In this document: positions 37,691 through 50,959 of the stretch, one piece after another
How the letters are laid out: each line of letters begins with the position of its first letter
Position numbering within the stretch: the stretch's first letter is position 1
From: Leucoraja ocellata
Taxonomy: Eukaryota
DNA length: 64,000 bases
Assembly (NCBI GenBank): GCA_036785375.1
Contig: JAWMAR010000384.1
Coordinates: 744,001-808,000, forward strand
Reading direction: 5' to 3'
Position numbers and translations under genes: made by a program
The notes under the pieces: generated by a model
What the model saw: the letters and a program-made list of their open reading frames with translations, nothing else
What the model was told of the DNA's origin: nothing
Database searches by the model: none

Positions 37691-38035
37691 CGCCAATACC
37701 CAGCCTCGTTCCTTTGCCGAAGATTAAAGCATTTATCCACACAGCACAGTAGTAGTCCGCAGCGTCCCCCAACTGCACATTCGCAATTGTCAATGTTGCA
37801 GTGTTGCCTGACACTGATCCCGCGAAACGGTCAGAAACTCCCGAACCTCTAGTAATGCTGTTGCCCGAGTTGTAGTAGAACAGAAACCGCGGAGCCGCTC
37901 CGGGAATCTGCTGGTACCAGTAAACATAATAACTACCTAAACTGCCGCCAGTCAAGATACAGGAAATTAGCGCGTTTTGCCCCGGAGACGTGGATTTTGA
38001 AGGCGGCTGATTTAGTGTAATTTGCGCATTTATGC
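37691..38035 (-). CDS. IGLV: Germline-joined VJ exon, cluster 4 (intact)
   Basis: INAQITLNQPPSKSTSPGQNALISCILTGGSLGSYYVYWYQQ...DYYCAVWINALIFGKGTRLGIG with canonical splice sites. Confidence 0.95.
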
Positions 38036-38159
38036 CTGAAAAAAAAACCAGAAAAAAAGTACAACATTAACCAAGATATTAGCGAAACAGCAGAAGTGTC
38101 AGATATCTAAACGTTTAATCGCACTCCAGAATAAATAACATTGGAAGTAAAATACTCAC

Positions 38160-38208
38160 ACACTGCGGAAAATGCTAACACACAAACCAGTGACATCCAG
38201 CAAGACAT
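38160..38208 (-). CDS. Leader exon, cluster 4
   Basis: MSCWMSLVCVLAFSAV followed by a GTGAGT donor. Confidence 0.9.
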
Positions 38209-38264
38209 TGTAATTATTTTGGTGGAGGGCGCCAGATGAAGTGGTTGATCAGGTGTCTCTCCAG

Positions 38265-38350
38265 GTCGCTTATGAACCCTGTTGCGAGGCGTCACTGCCT
38301 TCACTAATTATGCAAAACACTCTAATCAGAATGGACGCTGCGCCAATCAA
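38265..38350 (-). promoter_or_regulatory. Putative IgL promoter, cluster 4
   Basis: TTCATAAG at 38269-38276, octamer-like motif at 38310-38317, CCAAT at 38343-38347. Confidence 0.6.
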
Positions 38351-41300
38351 ATGTTGCCAGATTGTTACTGTGTCAAATTATTTCCGAAATGTTAGGTAGA
38401 TAAGGATTTAGTTTCCAATTATGTATCTCGGTACAATTTAATATATTTCCAAGCACGTAAGATATTCTGTTTTAATATCTCTAGTTTCCCTCTCCCGTGA
38501 CTCTCAGTATGAAGAAGGGTCGCTACCCGAAACGTCACCTATTCCATCTTAAATCCAGCAATGTGTGCTTATCTTCAGTGTAAACCAGCATCTGCAGTTC
38601 CTTCCTACAACTAGAGATTTTTTGTTATTTGAAACGGGACATTCAATTCTGGTTTTGCATTTAGTTTGAATCATTTTCTGTGTTGTTGCAGAGAGTGTGT
38701 GTTAAAATAAATTATATTCATGGAGGTAATTTATCGTTTTCAGTGCTGATTAATCTGATCTCACTGTGTCACCCTACTGCACGGGATTGCACATTGTATT
38801 TGAAACTGTCGAATATTATGATGAAGATAGCGACTAAGAGATGTTTGAAAGCGAATATGCAATTGACTGCAAATTATTTATGATTTTTAAAATCTCGGTG
38901 CCAATTCTGGCTAACTTACTGTCTACGCAAGTCACTGTCAAAACCAATGCAAAGATTTTTGAGTTATTTTTGGAAACCATGTTTGCTCGTAGCACCCAAG
39001 GTTAGTTCAGGTTCACTGACATTGCACGTGAAATTGAGAAGGAAATTGAAAAATATATTTCATCGCCAAGGTAGCTTTATCCGTTAATAAGGTGATGTGA
39101 GCCTGTAGGTGTTTGGATTGCCATGGTATGAATTCTGTCAACCTTCATTCGATATATGGAATTATATTTAGATGTGAACAGCGTTGCTTGATATGACGTG
39201 CGCACATTTCTTACTGCGAACCAATCGCTCTATTTATAGCGAAAGCCTCTTTTCATATTGTGGGTTGCTACAGCACCGTGTGAATCAATGCTAAAGCATA
39301 TCAACACGAAAATACTGCCTAAACAGAAAAATATCAGCATTTTCTTATTTGGACTCTTACAATTCGACTGACAATTAATCAAAAGAGAGCGGTCCTTTCC
39401 ATGAATGTGCCCGTACAGTGAAAACTCTCACCTATAAAGTCCTCAGATCGGTGACTTGTAAACAAGCCAAGCAGAGGCATCAATGTCTCAAGCTTTGTTT
39501 CCGATTTTTTTTAATACTGCTTAGTATTTCTGAAATGCTTTCAGCTTACCTAGATGTGTGCAGCTCCGACAGCAATCAAGTAAATTAACTTAATTCACAG
39601 CAAAATAATCCGCTTTATTTGACACTTGCCACATTCTATATGTTCACTCGCTGCAAGTAACAATGAATTACGAAGACACTGTTTGCGTATACTAAATACA
39701 TTGCAATTACATTGCATTACAAACGGACAGAGTTATGCTTATTTGAATATTGGTTCACCTTCTCTATCGTTATTTGCGGGCAAGTGTCACACTTGGTTAT
39801 TTGGCTAAATAACTATTGCAAATAAAATGAAGGTAAACATAAATGGAGCGGCCATATATAGTAAGATTGGTTTATTGAGGCTTAAGCTCAAGAGGCTCCT
39901 GTGAGGGTTACCTTAGGATACGGTTTGTTCTGTCACTTTATGTTTGCTTTGCAGCACAACCTGGTCTTGGTGTCATAGAGATGGAGGCTAGTGTGCTCAG
40001 CCTGTGGGATGTTGGAACTGAAGAAGACGTAGCGTCTCTGAACATTACATCTGCAGGAGGTGTGTCCAGGTGCAGCTCCTGAAAGACCCTGTTAGTGATC
40101 TGCAGTTCCAATTGGATGACCTCGTGTTCGTCCAGAGAGTGAGCAAGTCATAGTTAGAAGTCATAGTGAGGTGCTCACACGTGTGGTGCGGACAAAGAAT
40201 AGAAGAGTGACCAGCAGCAAAGGGAGTAGGCAGAGGGTTCAGGAGTCCCCTGTAGGCTTCCCCCTGCAAAACAGCTATGTTCGTTTGCAACAGTTGAGGG
40301 GGTAACCGTTCAGGGGACAGCAGCAGTAGTCAGGTCTGTGGCACTGGGCCTGTCTCTGATGTGCAGCGGTGTGAAGTCAGGCAGTGATTGTGATAAACCA
40401 CATTAGTGCGGGGGACAGACAGGAGCAAGTAGGCCTCATGGACGGACTGTTGCCTCTCTGGTGCAAGGGTCTAGGATGTCCTGGAACGACTGCAGAGTAT
40501 TTTCGACCTGGTGGGTAAACAGACAGAAGTCGTTGTGCATGTCCGCACAAATGATATGTAGGAAACTGGATGAGGTCCTATAGAGTCAGTATAAAGAGAT
40601 GGGAAAAGAGTTAGGAAAATGGATGGGGTCCTCTGGGGTGAATATAAGTAGATCAGCAAAATGTACCGAAGAGCAATGAGGTCCTGCGGAGTGTCTAATG
40701 GGAATTAGTTAAAAGGTGTAAATTACCACCTGCAGGGCGGTAATCTCTAGATTACTACAGTCGCCACGTGTTATTGAGGGTAGCAATAGGAGGATGGGGC
40801 AGATGAATGCATGTCTGAGGGGTTGGTGCAGGGGAAATGATTCGAATTGTAGACCATTGAGATTTCTGTTATCGCAAAGGCAACCTGCACAAGAGGGACA
40901 CGTTGCATTTGAACTGAAGGGGCTCCAGAATCCTTTCAGTGAAGTTTGCTCATACTAATCTGGAGAATTTAAGCTACAATGGACAGAGAATGGGAACGAA
41001 AGGAGCAAGTCTGCAAGTGGGAAGGATTATGGGAAAGTGGAGGTTATAACAAGGAGGTCTCAAAGGAAAGATGGGCAGGGATTGGTTCATGATTATGGGG
41101 CAATTAAGGGATGACACGTTTACTTCAATGCAATGAGTATTGTGGATGACGTTAAATGAACGTAGATAGTCGATATCAGTGCTTGGAATAATAATGTCGT
41201 GGCCATTATGAAAACCTGCTTGTGGGAGAGACATGTATCAGGGCTTCGATATTTGGGATTGCGGAACTCAGAGGGGACGTAGTGGAGGGTACATCTATTG

Positions 41301-44300
41301 AGACATGTGGGTTGTGCTTAAAAATAAGAAAGGACCAGTCTCTCTAATGGGATTATATTATGGGACACCCAATAATCAGCGGGAGATCCATCCGTCCATC
41401 TATTAGATTAGATCTAATTTAATCTCATCGAATCTAATAGATGGATCGGATATGCATACAGATGCATGGACTACAGTGTTGCTGTAGTGGGTATCGTTAA
41501 CTTCCCCAATATTGACTGTATCTTGTTCAGGGCAAGGGGGTTAAATGAGACAGAATTTATGAAGTATATCCAAGAAATTTGCCTTAAACGGTGTATGGAT
41601 AGTCTGAATCCAGGAGGGACGATACTGGAGCTTGTGTTGGGAAATGTGCATGGCCACGTGACTGGTGGTATGCTGGAAGAGCACTTGGGGATAGTGACCT
41701 CAACATTACAAGGTTTTGAATAAGGTTTGAATAAAGATTTGGTGTGGATGTTGGCAGAAGTAAAACAGATTAATATGTCATTAGGCAGGAGCTTGGTTGC
41801 AGTTGTTATTGAGTATGTCCACAACTAATATATGGGAGTTATTTAACCAAGTACAGGATCAGCACGTTCCAGTAAGGAGGATGGATAACGATGGCATGGT
41901 AAGGGATCCGTGAATGACCACGGAGGTTATACACCTTTTCAGAAACAAAACGGAAGCGTATGTCAGATTTAACAAAGTGCCATCACACGGGGATTATGAG
42001 GAATGATGAGTAGCAAAGAGCTCAACTGGGTGATTAGTCGGGCCAAACTGGTCACGAAATGTAACTGATTTGTTGAGTTAAGGAAAATACTGCGGATTTT
42101 TATACATATGTTAAAAAACAAGAAGGGTGTAAGGATACGGTAGGTCTGATCAAGGATAAAGGATGTAGCGGAATTGTAAAACGAATGCGTTCTGCATCTG
42201 TATTCACCAAGGAGAAAGACGTGGATGACGGTGAGATCAGTGTGGAGAAAACTAATATGCTAGGGCACATATGCTGGGGCTTGAGGTTGAAAAGAGCGGC
42301 AGTGAGGCTCTTGAGGAACATTGAGTTGGATAGGTCCGCTGCACCCGTTGGTAGCTATCCCAGTTTATTGAGGGAGGCGAGAGGTGATTCCAGGGGTCTT
42401 GAGAATATTTGCGTCTTCTCTTGCCAGAGGCGAGCATATAGAGGACTGGGAAATGACCAGTTGTTCCTTTGTTGATTGAGACGTAGAAAGAATCCAGGGA
42501 AATAGAGGCCGGTGAGACGCACGTCAGTGGTAGGAAACTATTGGAGATAATTCATTGAGATTTACTCCCATTTGAAGGAGAATGAGCTAGTTAGCGATAG
42601 GCATGGCTGTGTAATAGACAATAGACAATAGGTGAAGGCGTAGGCCACACGGCCCTTCAAGCCAGCACGGCCATTCAATGTGATCATGGATGATCATCCA
42701 CAATCCGTACCCTGTTCCTGCCTTCTCCCCATATCCCCCCTGACTCCGCTATCTTCAAGAGCCCTATCGAGCAATTTCTTGAAAGTTTCCAGAGAAGCGG
42801 CCTCCACCTGAGGCAGAGAATTCCACAGACTCGCAACTCTCAGTGTGAAAAAGTGTTTCCCCATCTCCGTTCGAAATTGCTTACCCCTTATTCTTAAACT
42901 GTGGCCCCTGGTTCTGGACTCCCCCAACATCGGGAACATATTTCCTGCCTCTAGCGTGTGCAAACCCTTAATAATCCTATATGTCTCAATACAAATCCCT
43001 CTCATCCTTCTAAATTCCAGAGTAGACAAGCCCAGCCGCTCCATTCTCTCAGCAAATGACAGTCGCGCCATCCCTGGAATTAACATTGTGAACCTACGCT
43101 GCACACCCTCAATAGCAAGAATGTGCTTCCTCAAATTTGAAGATCAAAACTGCACACAATCCTCCAGGTGTGGTCTCACTACAGCCTTGTACAACTGCAG
43201 AAGGAAATCTTTGCTCCTTATCTCAACTCCTCTTGTTATGAAGGCCACCATGCCATTCGCTTCCTTCACTGCCTTCTGTACCTGCATGCTTGCTTTCATT
43301 GATTGATGAACAAAGACCCCACAGATCCCGTAGTACTTCCCCTTTTCCCAAATTGACACCATTTAGATAATAATCTTTATTTCTGTTTTTGCTACCTAAT
43401 TGGGTAACCTCACATTTATTCACATTAAACCGCATCTGCCATGCATCTGCCCACTCACCCAACCTGGCCACGTCACGCTGCATTCTCAGAACATCCACTT
43501 CACATTTCACACTGCCACCCAGCTTTGTATCATCTGCAATTTGCTAATGTTACTTTTAATTACTCCATCTAAATCATTAACATATATTGTAAATAGCTGC
43601 GGTCCCAGCACCGAGCCTCGCGGCACCCCACTCGTCACTTCCTGCCAGCCTGAAAGGGGCCCGTTAATCCCTACCGCGCGGACCAGTGATAAGGTCATAA
43701 GGTCGTAAGGAATGGTAGAATTACGCCACGACCCATCTTCAACCCACCATTCAATCATGGTTGATTTGTCTCTCCTTCTTAACCCCGTTGTTAGCTGATC
43801 ATTGGGTGAAGACGAGGAGCTGGTGTGACTTGGGTGGGGGAGGGATAGAGAGAGAGAGGGAATGTCAGGATTACTTGATGTTAGTTAAATCAACATTCAT
43901 TCCACTTGGCTGTAGGCTGCCCAGCGAATATGAGATGCTGTTCCTCCAATTTGCATTTCGCCTCACTCTGCCTATGGAGGAGACGGTGATTTGGATGGGA
44001 AGGGATGAGTTACCCAGGGAGTTGCTGAGGATCTCTGCGGAAGGCGGAAAGGGGTGTAGATGGAAAGATGCGACTAGTGTCGGGGTCGCATTGGAGGTGG
44101 CGAAAATGTTGGAGGATTATGTGGTGTATGCGACGTCTGATGGGGTCAAAGTTAAGGACCGGGGGAACTCTGTCTCTGTTGCGACTGGGGGGAAGGGGAA
44201 CAAGGGCGGAGCTGCGGGTACTGAGGAGACACGAGTGAGGGCATCATCTATGATGGGGGAAGGGGACCCCCGTTCACTAAAGAATGAGGACACCTCGGAT

Positions 44301-46072
44301 GTCCATGTATGGAACACCTCACCATGTGCGCAGATGCGGTGCAGACGGACGAATTGGGAGTGAGGGATAGTCTTTGCAGGAAGCCGGGTGGGAAGTAGTG
44401 TAGCAGAGATAGTTATGGGAGTCAGTGGGTTTGTAATACACGTCATTCGGTGGTCTATCTCATAGAAACATAGAAGCATAGAAAATAGGTGCAGGAGTAG
44501 GCCATTCGGCCCTTCGAACCTGCACCGCCATTCACTATGATCATGGCTTATAATCCATCTCAGTATCCCATCCCTGCCTTCTCTCCATACCACCCTGATC
44601 TCTTTAGCCCCAAGAGCCACATCTAACTCCCTCAATATAGCCATTGAACTGGCCTCAACTACCTTTTGTGGCAGAGAATTCCACAGATTCGCCACTCTCA
44701 GTGTAAAAAAAGATTTTCTCATCTCGGTCCTAAAATACTTCCCTCTTACCCTTAAACTGTGACCCCTAGTTCTGGACTTCTCCAACATCGGGAATAATCT
44801 TTCTGCATCATGCTTGTCCAACCCCTTAAGAATTTTGTAAGTTTCTATAAGATCCCCCCTCAATCTTCTAAATTCTAGCGTGTACAAGCCGAGTCTATCC
44901 AGTCTTTCTTCATGTGAAAGTCCTGCCATCCCAGGAATTAGTCTGGCGAGCCTTCTCTGTACTCCCTCTATGGCAAGAATGTCTTTCCTCCGATTAGGAG
45001 ACCAAGACTGTACGCAATACTCGAGGTGTGGTCTCACCAAGACCCTGTACAACTGCAGTAGAACCTCCCTGCTCTTATACTCAAATCCTTTTGCTATGAA
45101 CGCTAACATACCATTTGCTTTCTTCGCTGCCGGCTGCACCTGTATTCCTACTTTCAATGACTGGTGTACCATGACACCCAGATCTCGTTGCATCTCCCCT
45201 TTTCCTAATCGGCCACCATTCAGATAATAGTTTACTTTCCTGTTTTGCCACCAAAGTGGATAACCTCACATTTATCCACATTATACTGCATCTGCCATGC
45301 ATTTGACCACTCACCCAACCTATCCAAGTCACCTTGCAGCCTCCTAGCATCCTCCTCACAGCTAACACTGCCCCCCAGCTTCGTGTCATCCGCAAACTTG
45401 GAGATTTTGCATTCAATTCCCTCATCCAAATAATTCTCTCTCCTGTGATAGAGATTGAGATCAGGAAAGGGGAGGGAGGTGTCGGAGATGTTTCTTTAGT
45501 TTTAGCATCATGTTCGACATAGATTCCTAATTGATTAGTAGGCCGGTATATGATGTTCAGCCGCCCTCACTCGAATGAGATTCCATATGAACGCGTGTGT
45601 GTGTGTTTCTGCTACCTATGGGCGAGCGCTGGTTAAAGTGAACCAACTTAAAGTCACCGGTTTTATATAACTTTCGACAACCTAAATCGCTGTTTCGTCT
45701 ATTAGGTCAAAAACCATAAATAATAGTCACGGAAATGTATTGCTCTTAATAATGGACTATTGATTTTATTTGACAGTCGTGTTTGAATTTATGATAGCAG
45801 TAAGCAAACATCCAGAATACAACCTTCAGACCACTGAATATTAATGAATATTTGAAGATGCATCAGCTGAGATTGAATAACATAGGAGGTTCAATTAACA
45901 ATTTGATTGCTTTAATGGAATGGCGTTCACAATCGGCAAGACAAACGACGACTTTAAACGCAAAGACTGGTCGAAAAACAAACAATATGCCCAGACCAAT
46001 TTGTCACAAATATAGAAAGAAAGAATGATCAAAATATATCACTTCAGCTCCATTAGGTGGAATTGAGGAGTT

Positions 46073-46395
46073 TTAGATACAGCCGGTTCTGGTGATGTCT
46101 GCCTCAAACGGGATTGCCTGGGTTTCGTGTTTAACCACACAAGAGTAAAGATTGTTTGAGTTCCAGACTGTGACTGGCAGAGTCAGGTAACTGCTCGCAC
46201 TGAACGTGTTGTCCTTCTCCTGCTGGATTGGGCTGGTCTCAACGCCGTCACTTCTCGCACTGCCCTCCACGGTCCACTCAATGTCCACTGCACCCGGATT
46301 AAACCCGCTCACCAAACACACCAGGGTGGCCGTGCCCTTTCCCTCGATTTCTTCCGCTGAAGGTCCGAGGACGGACATTGCGGGGGCGCGAGGTG
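46073..46395 (-). CDS. IGLC: Ig light-chain constant exon, cluster 5
   Basis: Intact. Differs from cluster 4 C by one amino acid (K to E). Confidence 0.95.
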
Positions 46396-48246
46396 CTGTT
46401 TAAAATAATATCACAGATTAGTGGAGGTTGAAGAACTGCTTCGGTTAAAACATAGTTAAAAATACCATGGATCCATTCATTTTAATGAATAAACATTTTT
46501 CCTCTATTGTTTCAAATTGTTCAATTGCGCACGTGAGATCATTTCCAGGTGTGATCTCCGAAGATTAATTGGTATTTATGACAATGGGACACGTTCTATT
46601 TTGTGGTTAAACATAAATTATTTCGTCAGTGTTTTTAATTGATCTCCAGAGTATTATTTCCATTGGCCCAGTTGAAATAAAAATCGTGTGTTGGACCCGA
46701 CAGCCATTTGCAGGATTTGATAAATTATGGAACTATTGTGCCAATTTCAACTGAACTCGCTTAAAACATGTCGTATTTGGATACTTTCATTTATTAAGGC
46801 CAAAGAACGAAGGGTCATGAAGGATTCGATAAAAGAGACACGAATAATTTGCCATTTAACCCATCGATGCATATACTAGTTCCCGCATTTTTTTAATTGA
46901 TTTTGGACATGGTTTACGTTTATGTTGTGTCTTCTTTTTGAAGTAAAAAATTAGCTCAATTTCTGAATTTGATCATCGAATCTCACTCCGTACACTCAAT
47001 GGCAAAAAGAGTAAATCGACTGTAATCAATTGCTGATTACTGATATGGTTGGGAAATTCAATGCGCAAATTGCTTTCACATTTTCAGTTATTTTTCGTCT
47101 AAAATTGAAATAAACGCTGTCCCATTGATTCCAGAATCCGCATGCTCTAAGTGTAATGACAATTACATCAGCATACGTTGACTTTGAATATGTCCGGGAG
47201 ATACAATTAAGCAAAGATTTTAAAGCATAAAAATTAAAAACAACAACATAGATTCATAACGATGGATGATTTCAAATCCAATGTCGCTGTTCTAAACCTC
47301 GCACCGCGTTATTGTTTGCGTCCAATGTTTATCCCGGCTAAATATTGACCATGACAATCTTCAGCTCTTACAAAAAAAGTATACTAGCAATATTTAACCA
47401 GTTTTAAAAGAATAAAAGAGGACAAGGATAAACGTGGCAGTTAGTCCTCTCGAAATAGGATTTAATTTATTTGTACCACATGCAGTCACGGGGAGAACGA
47501 ACAAACTCCGTGCGGACAGCACCCGTAGTCGGGATGGAACCGACTGGGTTACAGCGCTAAACCGCTGCGCCACCTTGCCGATTTTTGGATGAGAACCAAT
47601 AAGTTTCAAGAATCCACATTTCTCCATGTTCACGATGTTGGGAAAAGTCTATCATGGTCTAGTGATCCGCAGAATCCCCACATTTAACATTTCGTGATGG
47701 AATATCAACAGAAAATGAGCTATTATTGAAGGTGCGTTTTCCATTAGAATTCTAGGCGCCATTAAAGGCAAGAAATAATTTCCCGAAAGATGCACAACGT
47801 GATGGATTCGGGAGCTTCTCTGGAGAAGATGTTTGAGGCGTTTCGGGTCATCGCCAATCTATGTTCACCAGAGATGCTGCCTGACCCACTGAGGCACTCC
47901 TCTGCTTTTTTGGGGGGTTTTATTTTGCAAATCAGCATCTGCAGTTCCTTGTCACTCTAATGTTAATTCCCGTTTCCATACGGTCGGTTTTCTTAGTACC
48001 CTGGCTTGGTCAATGTGAGTTCATCGTCCGAAAAGTAATTAAGAGTAAAAAAAAACAGCTGGACAGTCATTTCGTCCTTTCATTGCTGTTGTCAACCAAT
48101 TTGCCAAAGGAGATTCGAGCTTGCTCGCGTATTATTTAAAAAATCAGCTTTAAAAGCCTTTAATTGGAAACATCAATTAGCGACAAAAAACTAATTATTT
48201 TTCACAGCAGTATCAATAACCCATAGGTAGAAGATAGTTTACTTAC

Positions 48247-48591
48247 CGCCAATACCCAGCCTCGTTCCTTTGCCGAAGATGAAAGCATTTATCCACACAG
48301 CACAGTAGTAGTCCGCAGCGTCCCCCAACTGCACATTCGCTATTGTCAATGTTGCAGTGTTGCCTGACACCGATCCCGCGAAACGGTCAGAAACTCCCGA
48401 ACCTCTAACAATGCTGTTGCCCGAGTTATAGTAGAACAGAAACCGCGGAACCGCTCCGGGAATCTGCTGGTACCAGGAAACATAATAACTACCTAAACTG
48501 CCGCCAGTCAAGATACAGGAAATTAGCGCGTTTTGCCCCGGAGACGTGGATTTTGAAGGCGGCTGATTTAGTGTAATTTGCGCATTTATGC
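48247..48591 (-). CDS. IGLV: Germline-joined VJ exon, cluster 5 (intact)
   Basis: INAQITLNQPPSKSTSPGQNALISC...SYYVSWYQQ...DYYCAVWINAFIFGKGTRLGIG. Donor at 48241-48246. Confidence 0.95.
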
Positions 48592-48714
48592 CTGGAAAAC
48601 AAACCAGAAAAAAGTACAACATTAACCAAGATATTAGCGAAACAGCAGAAGTGTCAGATATCTAAACGTTTAATCGCACTCCAGAATAAATAACATTGGA
48701 AGTAAAATACTCAC

Positions 48715-48763
48715 ACGCTGCGGAAAATGCTAACACACAAAACAGTGACATCCAGCAAGACAT
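48715..48763 (-). CDS. Leader exon, cluster 5
   Basis: MSCWMSLFCVLAFSAA followed by a GTGAGT donor. Confidence 0.9.
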
Positions 48764-48819
48764 TGTAATTATTTTGGTGGAGGGCGCCAGATGAAGTGGT
48801 TGATCAGGTGTCTCTCCAG

Positions 48820-48905
48820 GTCGCTTATGAACCCTGTTGCGAGGCGTCACTGCTTTCCATAATTATGCAAAACACTCAACTCAGAATGGACGCTGCGCCA
48901 ATCAA
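48820..48905 (-). promoter_or_regulatory. Putative IgL promoter, cluster 5
   Basis: Same motif set as clusters 3 and 4. Octamer-like motif at 48865-48872, CCAAT at 48898-48902. Confidence 0.6.
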
Positions 48906-50959
48906 ATGTTGCCAGATTGTTCCTGTGTCAAATTATTTCCGAAATGTTAGGTAGATATGGATTTAGTTTCCAATTATGTATCTCGGTACAATTTAATATA
49001 TTTCCAAGCACGTAAGATATTCTGTTTTGATATCTCTATTTTCCCTCTCCCGTGACTCTCAGTATGAAGAAGGGTCGCAAACCGAAACGTCACCTATTCC
49101 ATCTAAAATCCAGCAATGTGTGCTTATCTTCGGTGTAAACCAGCATCTGCAGTTCCTTCCTACAACTGGAGATTTTGTGTTATTTGAAACGGGACATTCA
49201 ATTCTGGTTTTGCATTTTGAATCATTTTCTGTGTGGTTGCAGAGAGTGTGTGTTAAAATAAATTATATTCATGGAAGTAACTCATCATATCCAGTACTGA
49301 TTAATCTGATCTCACTGTGTCATCCTACTGCGCGGGACCTGTTCCTTCATCCCTTTAATTGTATATTGTATATGAACTGGTGAATATTATGATGAAGATA
49401 GCGACTAGGAGATGTCTGAAAGCGAATTTGCAATTGACTGCAAATTATGTATGATTTTTTTTAAATCTCGGTGCCAATTCTGGCCAACTTACTGACTACG
49501 CAACTCACTGTCAAAACCAATGTAAAGATTTTTGAGGTATTTTTGGAAACCATGTTTGCTCGTCGCACCCAAGGTTAGTTCAGGTTCACTGACTTTGCTC
49601 GTGAAACTAAACTGCACGCGAAATTGAGAAGGAAATTGAGAAATATATTTCATCGCCAAGGTAGCTTTATCCGTTAAAAAGGTGAAGTGAGTCTGTACTT
49701 GTTTGGATTGCCATGGTATAGATTCTGTCAACCTTCATTCGATATATGGAATTATATTTAGATGTGAACAGCGTTGCTTGATATGACGTGAGCACATTTC
49801 TTACTGCGAACCAATCGCTCTATTTATAGCGAAAGCCTCTTTTCATATTGTGGATTGCTACAGCACCGTGTGAATCAATGCTAAAGCATATCAACACGAA
49901 AATACAGCCTAAAGAACCGAAAAATATCAGCATTTTCTTATTTGAACTCTTACAATACGGCTGACAATTAATCAAAAGAGAGCGGTCCTTTCCACGAATG
50001 TGCCTGTACAATTAAAACTCTCACATATAAAGTCCTCAGATCGGTGACTTGTAAACAAGCCAAGCAAAGGCATCAATGTCTCAAGCTTTGTTTCCGATTT
50101 TTTTTAATACTGCTTAGTATTTCTGAAATGCTTTCAGCTGACCTGGATGTGTGCAGCTCCGACAGCAATCAAGCAATTGAACTTCATTCACAGCAAAATA
50201 ATCCGCTTTATTTGACACTTTGCCCCATTCTATATGTTCACTCGCTGCAAGTAACAATGAATTACGAAGACACTGTTTGCGTATACTAAATGCATTGCAA
50301 TTGCTTTCACAGGACAAACGGACAACGCCATTCAGGCTGAGAGCAAATTATGTGCATGGGACCAGCACTGGTGCTATCAAGCCATGGGCCACGTTCAATG
50401 TTTTTTGATTGCTGGGCCTGTGTCCTGGAAATCCCTTTTCAATAACAGAATTGGGGCCCGGTCCCCAGAAGACTTCAGTGATTCAATAAGCATCCCATCG
50501 CAATCTTATGGTTAATTAGAGATGTGTGACAAATACCTTGCTATCAATGGTGATTCAAATTTGACGTATTGATGGATAATGTGATTAATTTTGGTTCAAT
50601 TATTTCCTGAAGGCATTGGAGTAAATATCAGTTTTAACCTTTTTCAGGAGCAACGCGTTTTATTGACGTTGCGGGAACACACGGGCTTTGAAAGAGATTA
50701 AATGATTCCTGGTTTTGGAAACAGAGGCAGAGGATAGGACAGTAGAACTGTTCTACTCGTCATGCTAAAGCTTTGGGGAAAAATATGTCTGCTCTGGCTA
50801 TAGTGTATCTCTCTTTGCGAGACAGAGAGAAGCTTACTAACATTAGATATTAACTTACCATGACTGCGGTGCTCATTCAGACGCTACAGAGCATTCCAAA
50901 TGGCAAAAGCATATTGGATGAGAAATCACTCCCTTGGATCCTGGCTTGGACACCTCTGC

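Larger units (their letters stand above)
24130..50310 (+). repeat. Tandem segmental duplication, subfamily B (about 2.5 copies of a 10.6-kb unit)
   Basis: C-to-C periods of 10657 and 10555 nt. Spacers 29.2-35.5 kb and 39.7-46.0 kb are colinear with the same TE insertions. Confidence 0.95.

Noticed and set aside
44117-45193. 358-aa ORF (and the 314-aa paralog at 33694-34638) as a CR1-Penelope fusion protein
   Set aside because: It is read-through from a truncated CR1 across its 3' UTR into a Penelope-like fragment in a shifted frame. There are no complete domains, and the paralog is frameshifted.
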